Notes under the pieces: generated by a model
The model's database searches: none
The model's input: only the letters and a program-made list of their open reading frames with translations
Told to the model about the DNA's origin: nothing
NCBI GenBank assembly: GCA_030770535.1
Contig: JASVEC010000001.1
Span: 992,001-1,056,000, forward strand
DNA from: Batkoa obscura
Lineage: Eukaryota
Length of the DNA stretch: 64,000 nt
Direction of reading: 5' to 3'
Made by a program: the position numbers and the translations under genes
Shown: one piece after another, positions 48,472-60,371 of the stretch
How positions within the stretch are numbered: position 1 is the stretch's first letter
Layout: the number at the start of each line of letters is the position of its first letter

Positions 48472-50412
48472 ATGTTTAGCTTAATTTTAATATTCAATTA
48501 TATATTTGTCATACTTTTGACTTATTATGTTTATAATGTAGTTTACTATTTATGTTTATTTATTCAATCCTAATTTATATCTTTGAAGGTCATATATAAC
48601 GTATATTTTAGTCCATTGAAAAATGTACCTGGCCCTTTAATCAATTTAGTTTTTCCATTTATACATAATCTTTATCTGATAAACGGCACCTTCCCAGAAT
48701 ATGCTCTAAATATGCATAGTAAATATGGGAGTGCAGTAAGGCTAAGTAAGTATTTGTACCGCATCTGGCTGTTTTGATAACTAATAAACAAAACTAGGCT
48801 GGAGTGAAGTATCCTTTTCTTCGGATTCAGCACTAAAAGAGATTTATTCAACTTATGCTTACAAAAAAGATAAATTTTATGATATGTATAAAATAACAGG
48901 AGAAAGCACTTTTAGTACAAGGTAATAAATATGAAATATCAACTAGCTATTATTGACGTTTATTAGAAATAAGGATTTCCATCGTCAAAGAGTAATATTG
49001 TACAGAATTTCTAAGATAATGACTAACAGTTAGAAAAAAATCATTGCTCCATCTTTCTCCTGTAAAGTAATGGAAAGTGCCGAGCATCTAGTTAAAAAGA
49101 GTGTAGATACTTTTGTAAATAAGTTGGATGCTCTTGCAACTCAAGGTCAAAAGTTAGATCTTGGTCTTTACTTTCATTATTTCGCCTTTGTAAGCTATTC
49201 TATAAAATCCTTACATTTGTATTAATACAATTATCAGGATGTAATTGGAGACTTGGTATTTGGGAAATCATTTAATATGTTGAGAGACGGCTATCATCCA
49301 ATAGTAAAATGGATACACGATATTTCAAGTTACAATCTTGTGGTATGATCTACTTTTCTTTTTCTAGCTATAATATTTAGACAATATTAGGTATTTATGT
49401 TTCCATTTATGAGATATTATCAATTTGATGGCATTAAAAGACTATATGAGGTATTGATTACTAAAGATTTATATTGAATTCATCTAATTAAGCTTAGTTT
49501 TCATACGAAGCAATAAAAGATGCTAGAAATAATCCAGAAAAGACTAATATTCTAAGCAATTTAATTAAAGCAACGGACTCAGATACAGGAAATCATTTAA
49601 GTGATAAAGAAATAGCTGAAGAATCGATTTTACAAATGTAATTTTAATCATAATTTATTTAAAAAAATTAAAATAAGTATTTTAAAGTGATGCTGGAACC
49701 GACACTACTTCAAACTCACTTTCATGGTAATTCAATATAGTTAATATCCTTAATGTGCTAATTAATATATCTAGGATATTTTATTTATTAACTAATAACC
49801 CAAAAGCATATGAAAAAGTTAAAGAAGAAATACATACGATATTCCCAGATAAGGATTCAATTACTTATACTAAATGTAAATCAGAATGCCATTATCTTAA
49901 TGCCATAATTCATGAAGGTCTAAGAATCTTACCAGTAGCTGGTGGTACGGCAACAAGAATTGTTCCTAAGGGAGGGAGAGTAATTGATGGCTATTATATA
50001 CCAGAAAAGGTAAAATCAATTACAAAAATAAACAAAATTAATAATATCTCTTAGGTTATTGTTGGAGTGAGTATTAACTCTTTACATAATTTGCCTTCGT
50101 TATGGAAAAATCCAGATGTTTTTGATCCTCAAAGGTGGTTACAAGATGGGAAGTTTAAAACTAACTCCAATTTTTCACCCTTTTTAATAGGACCTAGAGC
50201 TTGTGTTGGTAGAACGTAAGCTATTATTAAGAAAGTAGCAATAATTACTTATTTTGTTTTTTAGTCTGGCTTGGATGGAGCTATACTTAGTTAGTGCAAA
50301 CTTGATAAGAAACTTCACTTTCAAAAGAAATATTGAAAAAAAAATCAAATCCAGGCATTTTGATACCACTCAACCCATTGAAGCTATTGAAGTTTCTATA
50401 ACTAAAAATTAA
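48472..50412 (+). CDS. Cytochrome P450, copy 3 (12 exons, appears intact)
   Basis: Exons spliced by eye without stops; DAGTDTT, EGLR, FDPQRW, PFLIGPRACVG. Confidence 0.92.
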
Positions 50413-50510
50413 CATGAGTTTTAATAAAAATAATTAATTTAAATCTATTTATATCAAATGTTGCTTGAATTTATACTCTTGCTTTCTTTTCTTACATTAT
50501 GAAATAAAAT

Positions 50511-50590
50511 GGGGATGTATTTTTTTGTTTAAGAATTTTGCTAACAATCTTTCCTCTCAAATTGCACTTAAAAAATGGAAAAAATGAGAG
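50511..50590 (-). mobile_element. MITE family A copy, truncated
   Basis: AAAT-GGGGATGTA start, reverse-complement consensus. Confidence 0.8.
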
Positions 50591-51228
50591 CTAAAATAAA
50601 GCGCTTGTTATGAGTGAATAGCGAAAAGATGAAACTGAAAACAAAACTTTATAGATTAATATGAAATTATTGATGTTTATTGTTTTTATTTGTATCAAAC
50701 GCATTAAAAAATAGTAAAATACGATCGTTGAAACGAAGGCATTGGAAAATCTTCTTAATTTTGAAGATTTGTAAATCCTGTAATCATACTTAAAAGCTTT
50801 TGAATGTTTTAAAAGATAAAAAAGTCTGTAATTCATGATATAGCTTTAAAACAATGATACTAAATGTCTTATAAAAAGTATGTTATTGTTGATATTTATC
50901 TGTTGATTTTAATATCTATAGTTGTATAAAAGCTCTACATAAAACTGACAATTTTCAGCGCTTTTAGAAAAACTATTGTTTTTTTTACTAGTAATAGGAA
51001 CACAAAATATAGATGTCACCAATCAACCAAGATAAATGGCATAAAAAGATAAGGATATAAAACTTTAAATAGCTAATCATATCATGATCAAAGCTTATTC
51101 ATGTATACAAACGTTAAAAAGCATGATACATCGATTTGATTCTCTTTTAGTACTTTTTTAAATTTTCTAAGCTAGTGTACATTAATCTATTATTTAACTT
51201 CTGTTGTAAATTCCAATTTCAATGCAAA

Positions 51229-51825
51229 ATGAGTGATTATAGTATTGACAACTTTTATTATTCTCAGTCAGACTATTGCGACGACGACGACGACAATTAT
51301 AATGATGATGTTTATAATGACGATCTCAATGATGATTATGATGATTATGATGAAAATGCCCACAACGAAGATTCTCACAATGATGAAGTTCACGATGATG
51401 ATAGCTGTAGCAACGATGATTATAATGAAAATCTCCATAGCGACAATAACTATAATGAAAGTATTCACAATAATTACAATGAAGATTCTCAAAATGAAGG
51501 TGATTACAATGATTACGATGATGAGGACTATAATGATAATGATCATAATGAAGATTCTCAAAATGAATATAGTTACAACGAGAACTATGACGAGAATTAT
51601 AACAATGAGAATTACAACAATGATGAGAATAGTGAAGGTGCTACAACGAATACTCTAGATAAGTATGAGGAGGGTACTAACCATTATTTTGTACCTCATT
51701 GTGAGATTATTGATGAATCTAATGAGGATGACTCACATCAAGAGATAGATGCTGCAGCACAAAAGTGGATGGAAAAAAGGGCTAGAATAAGTAATGAAAT
51801 GAGAGATGAATATGGAGTATTATAA
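51229..51825 (+). CDS. Acidic Asp/Asn/Tyr-rich low-complexity protein, the intact family member
   Basis: ATG at 51229 (MSDYSIDNFYY); internal HNEDS/YNEN repeats; C-terminal ~50 aa conserved in three decayed paralogs. Confidence 0.7.
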   Translation: MSDYSIDNFYYSQSDYCDDDDDNYNDDVYNDDLNDDYDDYDENAHNEDSHNDEVHDDDSCSNDDYNENLHSDNNYNESIHNNYNEDSQNEGDYNDYDDEDYNDNDHNEDSQNEYSYNENYDENYNNENYNNDENSEGATTNTLDKYEEGTNHYFVPHCEIIDESNEDDSHQEIDAAAQKWMEKRARISNEMRDEYGVL

Positions 51826-52785
51826 GCTAAGGGGAAATATTATTAACTTACCACATTTTTAAATAAAGGTAAACTGGGTCCAGTTGTCAATTTTATAACA
51901 CATCAACCCATTGTTTTGTATCGTTTTTCTTTAATCTAAATTCTACTTTGAATAAATCATACTATTATTCAACCAATGTTTAACAAAATAAAGTAATATT
52001 ATACTTTCATTTTTTATATTGAGATTTTTAAATTTTGTTTAAACTTTATAAGCTAATTTATGTTTAGGCAAAGCATCTACCTTTCATAAGTAATATTGAC
52101 TTTTAAAACAGTGCTTTGTTTTACTTAAAAATAGTAGATACAAAAGAAAAATAGATTGAAAAAAGTACAAAAAAAATTATACTGAAGCTTTTATAGTTAA
52201 AGATAACATGGTTAGGTGAAGCTGTAATTGTATAAATAGCTTAAAGCTTTTTAATATTAAATAAACTCAACATTAAGCGTATTGATAGTCAAAAATAACA
52301 ACTGAATAAATTTTAATATTCTTAAAACTAGTTATTATTTAAAAGAGCAGTGCTACTAAACAATTTGTTAGTGAAATAAAACTCAAATTAAAGATCATTA
52401 GGAAAAGAAATAACAAAAATATACATTAGAATGTTCTTTTATTTCAGCATTTGTTGTTGATTTCTAAATTTTACTTCTCGTAACAAATGGACAAAACAAT
52501 GAAATAAAAGACCCTCTGACATTTCTACTATTAGCTATAAATAGGTAAGTTTAAAAGCTCAGTTAAAATTAAGGATAAAATTTTTTATTTCACTTTTTTT
52601 ATCCATTTACTATGTAGTGTAAATAAATACTGGATAAAAAAAACGCACCAATATGAGTTATTTTAGAGCTAAGCAAAAAAGCAAATATTTTTGTAGCACT
52701 TAATGCTTAATTTGCAATTTTTGCTAAAAATCTAATTGGACAAAAATTGAACCAAGCTTTTAAACTAACCCAAATACACTATTTT

Positions 52786-52989
52786 CATTTATGGTTTACT
52801 CACTTTCATAAAAACGAATATTTAAATAAATTTTGTCATTTGCTTAAAATAAAATTGCGCATTTTTATGTATAGATGCAAAATATTTGACCTTGAATTTA
52901 CTTTGAAATGTATAATTTTTTTCAACCAAATAGAAAATTTTTGTTCAAAAATGTTTACTCCTTTTTATGAAAGTGCGTAAACCATAAAT
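52786..52989. mobile_element. ~200 bp element with ~30 bp imperfect TIRs (third MITE type)
   Basis: ATTTATGGTTTACTCACTTTCATAAAAA versus TTTTTATGAAAGTGCGTAAACCATAAAT. Confidence 0.6.
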
Positions 52990-53414
52990 CAAAGTAGTAT
53001 ACTTATATACTATCATTATTAATGTATTGATGTGAGATATTTCTTTTTCTCTTTTAACTATTTTTATATTTTTTAAACTTATATGGTGAATAAATACTAG
53101 TTAAGCCAATAGTGTAGAAAAATATACCAATATCTTTTAACTGTACTAACTACTATTCATAAAACTTTGCTTATTTTTTGATCATAATAGGATCAAAAAA
53201 GATAAGCTATTGGATCAGAGAAGGTAAAGAGAAGAAAAAAACTAATTAAAAGTGATAAAGTTAGTCATATTAGTCAGAAGCTAAGTTGAGTCCACAAATG
53301 CTATAAAATGAGATAACTCTTTTAATTATCTTTTAGCTTTATTGACTTTATTAAATCTAGTATATAAACAACTATTATCGCATTCCTGCTGTTTATTTCA
53401 ACTTCAAGTACGAT

Positions 53415-53896
53415 ATGGGTTGCTATATTAAGAATAATAGGTCCTTGATTCATTCTTCAAACAATCGGAACTCTTATTATTACCAATCAGAGTACAATTA
53501 CAACAACGTTCATAACCAGGTACAATGTAGAAATACTTTTGCTTCTGGTCGAATGCAGTACAGGAGTTCTACCATTGATGCCCAATTCCAAGAAAGAAGT
53601 ACAGTTGCTCAAAGTTGATCATACTATAATGGTAGGATTGTGGGTACTCGAGCAGAGCATAAAGAGCTTGATTACAATCATATTTTGACAAACCATATTG
53701 AACCTACTGCTTGTCATCAAAGTGAAAATATAAATAGAGAAGCTGAACTTGAAGTAGTTCATATAGGCTTTATGTACTGTGCTCCTTTAACTCAACTACT
53801 TCACATGAAGAGATGAGTGACTCGGAATTAACTAAGTTTAAAAAGGAAAGATCGAAAGTTGAACTTAATATGTGGAAGAAGTATAATCTATTATAG
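53415..53896 (+). pseudogene. Divergent decayed member of the acidic/Tyr-rich family
   Basis: NSYYYQSEYNY resembles NFYYSQSDY; after in-frame stops it ends KFKKERSKVELNMWKKYNLL*, similar to KWMEKRARISNEMRDEYGVL*; shared 3' flank TTAGGAGTGAAA. Confidence 0.5.
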
Positions 53897-54843
53897 ATTA
53901 GGAGTGAAATTTATTGAATTAGCAAGTTCTACTTCGCAAAATAAAATGTGTTAGTTGAATTTATTAATTTCATAACATATTCATTCATTGGTTTATACCC
54001 TTCACTACTAAACTAGAAATTTCAATGTTTTTTGGATAAACTATAATGCTATTTAGTTGGCATATTGAGAAAACTCATAGTTTAGTTTATTTTTTACACT
54101 AGTAATGAAATAAAATGAACACCTTATCTAACCTTCTACTCAAAATCCTCAACCCTCTTCTATTACTATAATTGGCTCAAACCCCTTTCTATAACTACTG
54201 CCCATTGCCAAAAAGGCTTTCTGCCTGTCTCCTGCAATCTCTTTGCCCTTTTACTAGGATGTAAGCAAATAATTTACAATAAACTCTCCTTCTTTACTTA
54301 CCAGAATGAAACTAAAACTTGTGATTCTTATGTCCGACTTCTTACGGAACCAATCGTCCCCTCCCTCTTACTATCTCGGAATGTGCCCTTTCTTGTCTCA
54401 GAGACCCCTTTAACTTATCCTTTACCCACTTTAATCATTTATCTAACTCAAATTTGAAATAAACATCAAAAGGTATAGCCTTGTGCTCTCTAAAAAATAA
54501 AACCATTACGTTTATTTATTAATATGTCAGCTATTACTAATTTATAAATTTTCTCTAACTTTATAAAAAAACACAAGATTTTCGATTGTATAACATTTAA
54601 ATTAATTTTGTTAATCATTTATTATTCTTATACTTCTTTAGGACGCTTAAGATAAGCCAACTATCAAAAAAACTTCTGTTAAATTTGAATAAAAGAATAA
54701 AAGATTTATTAAAGTAGTATGAATTCAACAAACCACATAAAAATATCGATATAATTAAAACTAAGTTCATTATTATACATATTTTCAATTCTCTGTTCTG
54801 GTTACATCAATTAAAATTCACTTTAATTTTGTCCATTGTTGCC

Positions 54844-56214
54844 TTATTGTATTGAATGACTTTCATTTTCTGCATTATTATTGGTTTCCGTGGCAGCATT
54901 TACATTGCCTTGATCTAATACAATATTTTCTTCAACACCGTTATTTACTTCATTCCGCTTATTGACTTCATTACCACTTTCACTATTCTCTTGTAAACTT
55001 ACAGCACCATTTGCTGAATTCTCCATTGAGTTACTCATCATTGTCATAGGAAGGGTATGAAAAACATCAGCAATATTAATTTGAGGTAAACCTTGATTAT
55101 TTAAATGACCAAGCTCGTTGTTCATATCTCCATTTCCATTTGAATCTTGATGGTTCATTTTATTAAAATTACCCTCGTGATTTACCTCATTTGAAGTTGA
55201 ATTTGTAATATTATTAAACGCTTGTTCCATACTTATATTTGTTTCATTCGGTTGATTAGGTAAAGTAAACGCTTGCTCAATATTAAAATTTGCTCCATTA
55301 GTTTCATTATTTCCACTCTTAAATACGCCTTCAAGCTGTTGGTTATTTTCATTAGAATGTCCTGACATGCTATTAAATACTTGTGACATTTCATTTCCTT
55401 GTATATTATGTCCTGATAAATTATTAAATGGATGCATGATTTGATTAATATTTTCTGCACCATGGTTCGTCATTGAATTGTATGCGTGCTCCATATTTAT
55501 GCTGTTTTCTGTCCCCGGTGTTGTTAAACCATTATATGAATGACTCATTGGCATACTAGGGTTGTTATTGTGACCATGCATATTATTAAGCGCATGCTCC
55601 ATAGCTAAATTCGATACTGTATTTTGGGAAGATGTATTGTTGATATTAAGATCCATATTTAAATTATTGTTTGTCATATTCATAGATATACTAGTGAGAG
55701 CCTGTTCTAAATTAATATCTCCTACATTTGATTTATGAATATCACCATTGTTTGGATTCACAGTAAATGATTCATTTAACTTTTTAGCATTAAGACCATT
55801 TAATGGCGGAGTTGACATTTCATCTTTTTTCATTTCACCATCATCCCCTGCTACATCTGCGTTAATCCAAGCTCCTGACCTTTTAACTTTACCAAGTTTT
55901 TTCAAATGGTATTGTACCGTTTTATAAGCTACGTTTAATTTCTTTGATAATGCTCTTGAAGATTGACGTGGATCTTCAGCTAATAAAGCTTCTAATGTAG
56001 TAGAATCGATCTTTAAAGGTCTCCCAGCACGAGCATGTTTATTCAAATTAAAGTCTCCAGACTCAAACTTGTTAAACCAATATTGGCATTTTCGATCATT
56101 GGTAGATTCAGGACCAAATACAGTACGTATATTATTCGAAGCTTCTTTCGGTTTCCTTCCTAGTTTGAATTCGTATAGCATACAATTCCTAATATTTAAT
56201 TCTTGATCTTTCAT
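54844..56214 (-). CDS. Mariner (Mos1/Hsmar1-type) paired HTH domain fused to an Asn/Met-rich repeat region; no DDD catalytic domain
   Basis: IRNCMLYEFKLGRKPKEASNNIRTVFG..QYWFNKFESGDFNL..RAGRP..LEALLAEDPRQSSRALSKKLNV..TVQYHLKKLGKVKRSGAW; intact intronless ORF; likely start MKDQEL at 56214 (ORF open to 56298). Confidence 0.85.
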   Translation of the reverse strand: MKDQELNIRNCMLYEFKLGRKPKEASNNIRTVFGPESTNDRKCQYWFNKFESGDFNLNKHARAGRPLKIDSTTLEALLAEDPRQSSRALSKKLNVAYKTVQYHLKKLGKVKRSGAWINADVAGDDGEMKKDEMSTPPLNGLNAKKLNESFTVNPNNGDIHKSNVGDINLEQALTSISMNMTNNNLNMDLNINNTSSQNTVSNLAMEHALNNMHGHNNNPSMPMSHSYNGLTTPGTENSINMEHAYNSMTNHGAENINQIMHPFNNLSGHNIQGNEMSQVFNSMSGHSNENNQQLEGVFKSGNNETNGANFNIEQAFTLPNQPNETNISMEQAFNNITNSTSNEVNHEGNFNKMNHQDSNGNGDMNNELGHLNNQGLPQINIADVFHTLPMTMMSNSMENSANGAVSLQENSESGNEVNKRNEVNNGVEENIVLDQGNVNAATETNNNAENESHSIQ

Positions 56215-57350
56215 TGTTATTTTAAAAAAATTGGGAAAAAACTTTAAATTAATTAGTTTTTGTTCATCTTTTATTACACTTGATTTTATGCATTGCATTT
56301 TGATTGCCCAATCATTGGTTTGTATTTGCCAACTTTTGGACTTTCTAGAAATTTGCTATTCAACGGTTGATTTGAGCAATAATTCTTAGTGGTTCCGGTT
56401 TTATAAATTACCAATAATCCATTATTTTTTAGAATATTGGGCAACTATTCGTTTTGGGCAGTATGTCTTAGGATAACTTTGTAAAATAATAAATGGATAT
56501 TTTTTTAGTACACTACACTATTCAATGAATAAAAGGTTATCTATTATTCACCCTATAAAAATTGTAAACTCTAAACTAAATCTTTTTAATCTTAAAATTA
56601 TAAATCAATCGCCTTTATACTCATATTAAACCTGTTGAGTTCTTTTTGTTAATAAATAAAAACACGTAAAATAAAAGCACAAATAACGATTTATATTTAA
56701 ATCAAATAATTGATCGGATTATTTACAATAATAGCTCTTAATTAGTTGTTTTTAAAATATAGCAATCGTATTCCATTGCGATTTGTTGTATGAAAATCAA
56801 CTTTTTTTTATATTTAATAGAATTTATTTTATTGTATACTTTATTAAAACAATGGCAAATACTGATTTTTAACACGTCATTCATGAAGCAATAAACTAAT
56901 TTTACATTTTAAGATTAAAAATGATCTTGAATACAATAAAATAAATATTATTGGCCAACTAAATGCAAAAGTCCTAAATAAATGTAAAGTCTAGACTTGA
57001 ACTGCAAAAAAATCAAATAAAGTGCCATTTTATCACTTCAGTAATTATCCACATTTTGTAAGTTCAAACTTTAAAATTTTTTAGCTAAATTTTTAAACAA
57101 CGATTCTCAAATATATCAAATACACAAATTCACTCTAAAATACTTCAAAATCAAGCTGTTCTTTAATATTTTTCATTTTTCATGAAGCAATAAGTTATAA
57201 TATACTAAATCTTATAATTTATAGATTTAAACAAAAAATAAAAAATTTCATATGAAACTTATATGGCTTTAATTAGGACTCTTGTGCTTTAGAGCTTGTT
57301 AGTAAAATAAAAAGATGGTAATACAATATAAATAAATATTAATGTAAAAA

Positions 57351-58493
57351 TTAACGGCGATCTGGGGAGTCTTCTGCGTCCCAGACAACTCCAACAATTA
57401 CGCTAATATCGTCCAATTTTCCACCTTGATAATACATACCCTCTAATGTTGCTCTTTCTTGAAAAGGACTTGACATATTACGTGTATTTTCAGCAACATC
57501 CCTAGCCGCTATCTTTAGATTATTAGCTATTATTTGTGGACTTATCTCTTCTCTAATTTGTCCAAATCCAGTATCTTGACGATCAATCGATTTTTGTACA
57601 ATATCTAAAATATCGTCATCAAATAAATTATCATATAATCCATCCGACCCTAAAACTATTATATCTCCTTTTTTAACTTGTACTTTAAATCTTTGTGCAC
57701 TTAATGGATGATCCCCACCTACAATGCCAAGTTGATATGGGTAGTTGAAAGAATGCTGTTGTTCTTCAGTACGGAAAAGGAAATCTCCATCCCTGATTAT
57801 AGCTAAACCACAATCACCCAAATTTGCTATTCTTAATTCATCCCCTCTTAATAAAGCTAAACAGGCAGTAGTAGAACCTTTAATTTGTTGTAAATAAGCA
57901 TCAAAGTTGGTACGGTCATAACTTTTAGCCAATATATTGACTGGATCAGCATGAAAATAATCAACAAATTCGTCAGCATCAATATCATCATATTTATTTA
58001 ACTCCGAATAAACATAATGCATCAATTTACGTGAATAAAAAGCAGAGTTACCATTATTTAAACTCCACCCACCAACACCATCTGCTATCCCTAAAGCATC
58101 ACTTCTACAAAACACTGAATCTTCTCCATAACCTTTACTATAAAGGGCTTTATCTCCATCATCAGAATCCACCTTTTGTCTCTTTTTCGCTTGCCCAGAG
58201 CAGGCACTATAAAGTGAATAATTGGGGGTATAATGATTCGTCTGTAAACCAAACTGGTTATTGATATTCTTAAAATTATAATAAATAAAATCATTAACCT
58301 GAGGTTCAGATTGTAACATGGCTTGAGCTTTTGATGGTAAAGTGGATTTGGTGTAAGCTCTTTGAAGCTTAACGTTGGAACCGTTTAACAAACATGATGC
58401 GATTCTAGAATTTGATAAAGGTTTAACTATCGATGAATTGAATTTATTAATCAAGTTAACTACGTTTTTCATGGAATATAGATTAAAATGCAA
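57351..58493 (-). CDS. PTC7: PP2C-family phosphatase Ptc7 (mitochondrial-type)
   Basis: GEDS, GIADGVGGW, GSTTAC, ANLGDCG, EEQQHSFNYPYQLG, GSDGLYDNL, GGKLDDISV; basic N-terminal presequence. Confidence 0.92.
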   Translation of the reverse strand: MHFNLYSMKNVVNLINKFNSSIVKPLSNSRIASCLLNGSNVKLQRAYTKSTLPSKAQAMLQSEPQVNDFIYYNFKNINNQFGLQTNHYTPNYSLYSACSGQAKKRQKVDSDDGDKALYSKGYGEDSVFCRSDALGIADGVGGWSLNNGNSAFYSRKLMHYVYSELNKYDDIDADEFVDYFHADPVNILAKSYDRTNFDAYLQQIKGSTTACLALLRGDELRIANLGDCGLAIIRDGDFLFRTEEQQHSFNYPYQLGIVGGDHPLSAQRFKVQVKKGDIIVLGSDGLYDNLFDDDILDIVQKSIDRQDTGFGQIREEISPQIIANNLKIAARDVAENTRNMSSPFQERATLEGMYYQGGKLDDISVIVGVVWDAEDSPDRR

Positions 58494-59761
58494 TTATATA
58501 GTCTTTCCAAAAAATATGAAATTGTTGAATTGGAAAGAGAATAAAAAGATAATTTTGAATTTTATTTTGTTTTGTTTTATAAATAAGCATGGTAATCAGA
58601 TTTTAAAACCAAGCTTTTTTTGAAAAAATATTTCATTAATCCCTACCAACTGATGATTTCAATTCAAAACATTAACAATTAGAGCTCAAAAATTCAATTT
58701 GATTTTGGGGCAACTTATCTTTATATAGACACAATAGTTGAATTTGAAATCCAAAAGTAAAGTAAATTAAATTCAATACTTTATCCAGCCAATCATATTC
58801 ATTTTCCTTATCTAAAATGTCTTATCTTCTAGATAAGAAATTAACATTATCATTTTAAAATACTACTTTTGGTAGTTGTTAAAATTCAACTTGTTCCAAT
58901 AATTTTATTAATAAACAACTTATATAAATATTATTGGCTAAATTTAACAAATTCAAATTAATCAGCCAAAATTCATTCCAAGCAATATAATGCTTATAAT
59001 ATTGTAACTTTCATACCATCAGTTAGTCGTATTAAACTTAACGGATAGACACCATAGACATTGTGCTCATTGATATAATAGTCATTATGTTAAATGATAT
59101 TAAAACATTAATAAGTGATGGTCATTATTATTATTAAAATAAATCAATAATATAAAATATATATTTTTTATTGTATTCATGTGATAAAAATTAGGGAGAA
59201 AGATTCTCACGGTTTAAGATAGCTTAGTAATAAATAAAACAAAAATAAATAAACATCAAATTTAGAGGTTATAGGGTACTATAGTAATTATAAACTATGT
59301 ATATAAAATTTTACTAAAACTATTATAAATTATAATATTACTTTATTAACTAATAGATATTATTATTTTCTTTATTTTAGCTGTAAATAACTGAATTTGA
59401 ATATTATTTTCTCACCATTATTAATTGTATCTTAATCTTAATAAAGTTTGATTTTTAGGGGTAACTGTTATTTCACTATTTTCTGTTTTAACTTGACTCA
59501 ATCAGAAGGTTGGTTTTAGAATTTGAGCATTAACATCACCAATCATTTCAACTTTTGAAGAAAGCCTGAGATTTTTCTTTCGTTGGAAGCAACAATCAAA
59601 TTTAAAAAAAACCCCAAACCAACAGGAAAACGGGCCATAAGCAAACAAATTCAATTTTAATTTTGAAATTATTTAAAAATCACTTTATTAATTACTTTTG
59701 AAACTTTTTTACACTTAGTTTAACGTCAAAAGAAACTCTAAAATAATCAAAATAAAAAAAG

Positions 59762-60371
59762 ATGGTCTATCAATCGATGAATAATGCCGAAAAAATAGGA
59801 TACAGTTATGATCAAACTCATAAAGCTGGAAGTAATAGTCAAGAAGATTCCGAATCGGGAGAGTTATCTCTTTATCAAGGTTTAACTAATGTCCATGAAT
59901 TGAGTGTTAATTTGGGTCTTGCTATCATTGATTTCAATGCTAGTCCATCTATTAAAAACTTGGAAAAAAAATGGTAACTTTTTTTAGATATAAAAATATA
60001 GTTCTTCCATTGGAATTAAATTGGATAATAGTAATGATTTAATTGATGGTTTGAGAGATTTATATAAGACTAGCGATGAAACAAATTTGGAAGTACCATT
60101 TGAAGTTATTAGGTAATAATGAAAGTATAAAGTTGAGTATAAAATTTAAATGGTTCAAAAAGTTGCTTTGATCAAGGTCAAAGTCCCGATTCGTATATGG
60201 CTACCTTTATGGAACAAGCAGTATCCGAAAATCAATTTTGTAAAGGTAGATTGGACACTTTAGCTGTAATTAGTTTATTAATTTAATTTAATTTAATTTA
60301 ATGTTTTATTCATATAGTCATTTGCTGACCTCCTGGAAGAAGAAATTAAGTGTAACTTTGATGAGTTTTAA
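59762..60371 (+). CDS. MED10: Mediator subunit Med10/Nut2 (4 exons)
   Basis: Spliced: LGLAIIDFN..NDLIDGLRDL..EVPFEVISCFDQGQSPDSYMATFMEQAVSENQFCKGRLDTLASFADLLEEEI, matching the Med10 pattern IPxEVxxYIDxGRNPxxYTxEF..NQxxKGK. Confidence 0.8.

Noticed and set aside
17553..51658. Ile/Met-rich or Pro-Tyr ORFs (17553, 18923, 18960, 21186, 21226, 29096, 29133, 38099, 51233, 51268; also 1681, 55233)
   Set aside because: Antisense or alternate-frame shadows of low-complexity genes
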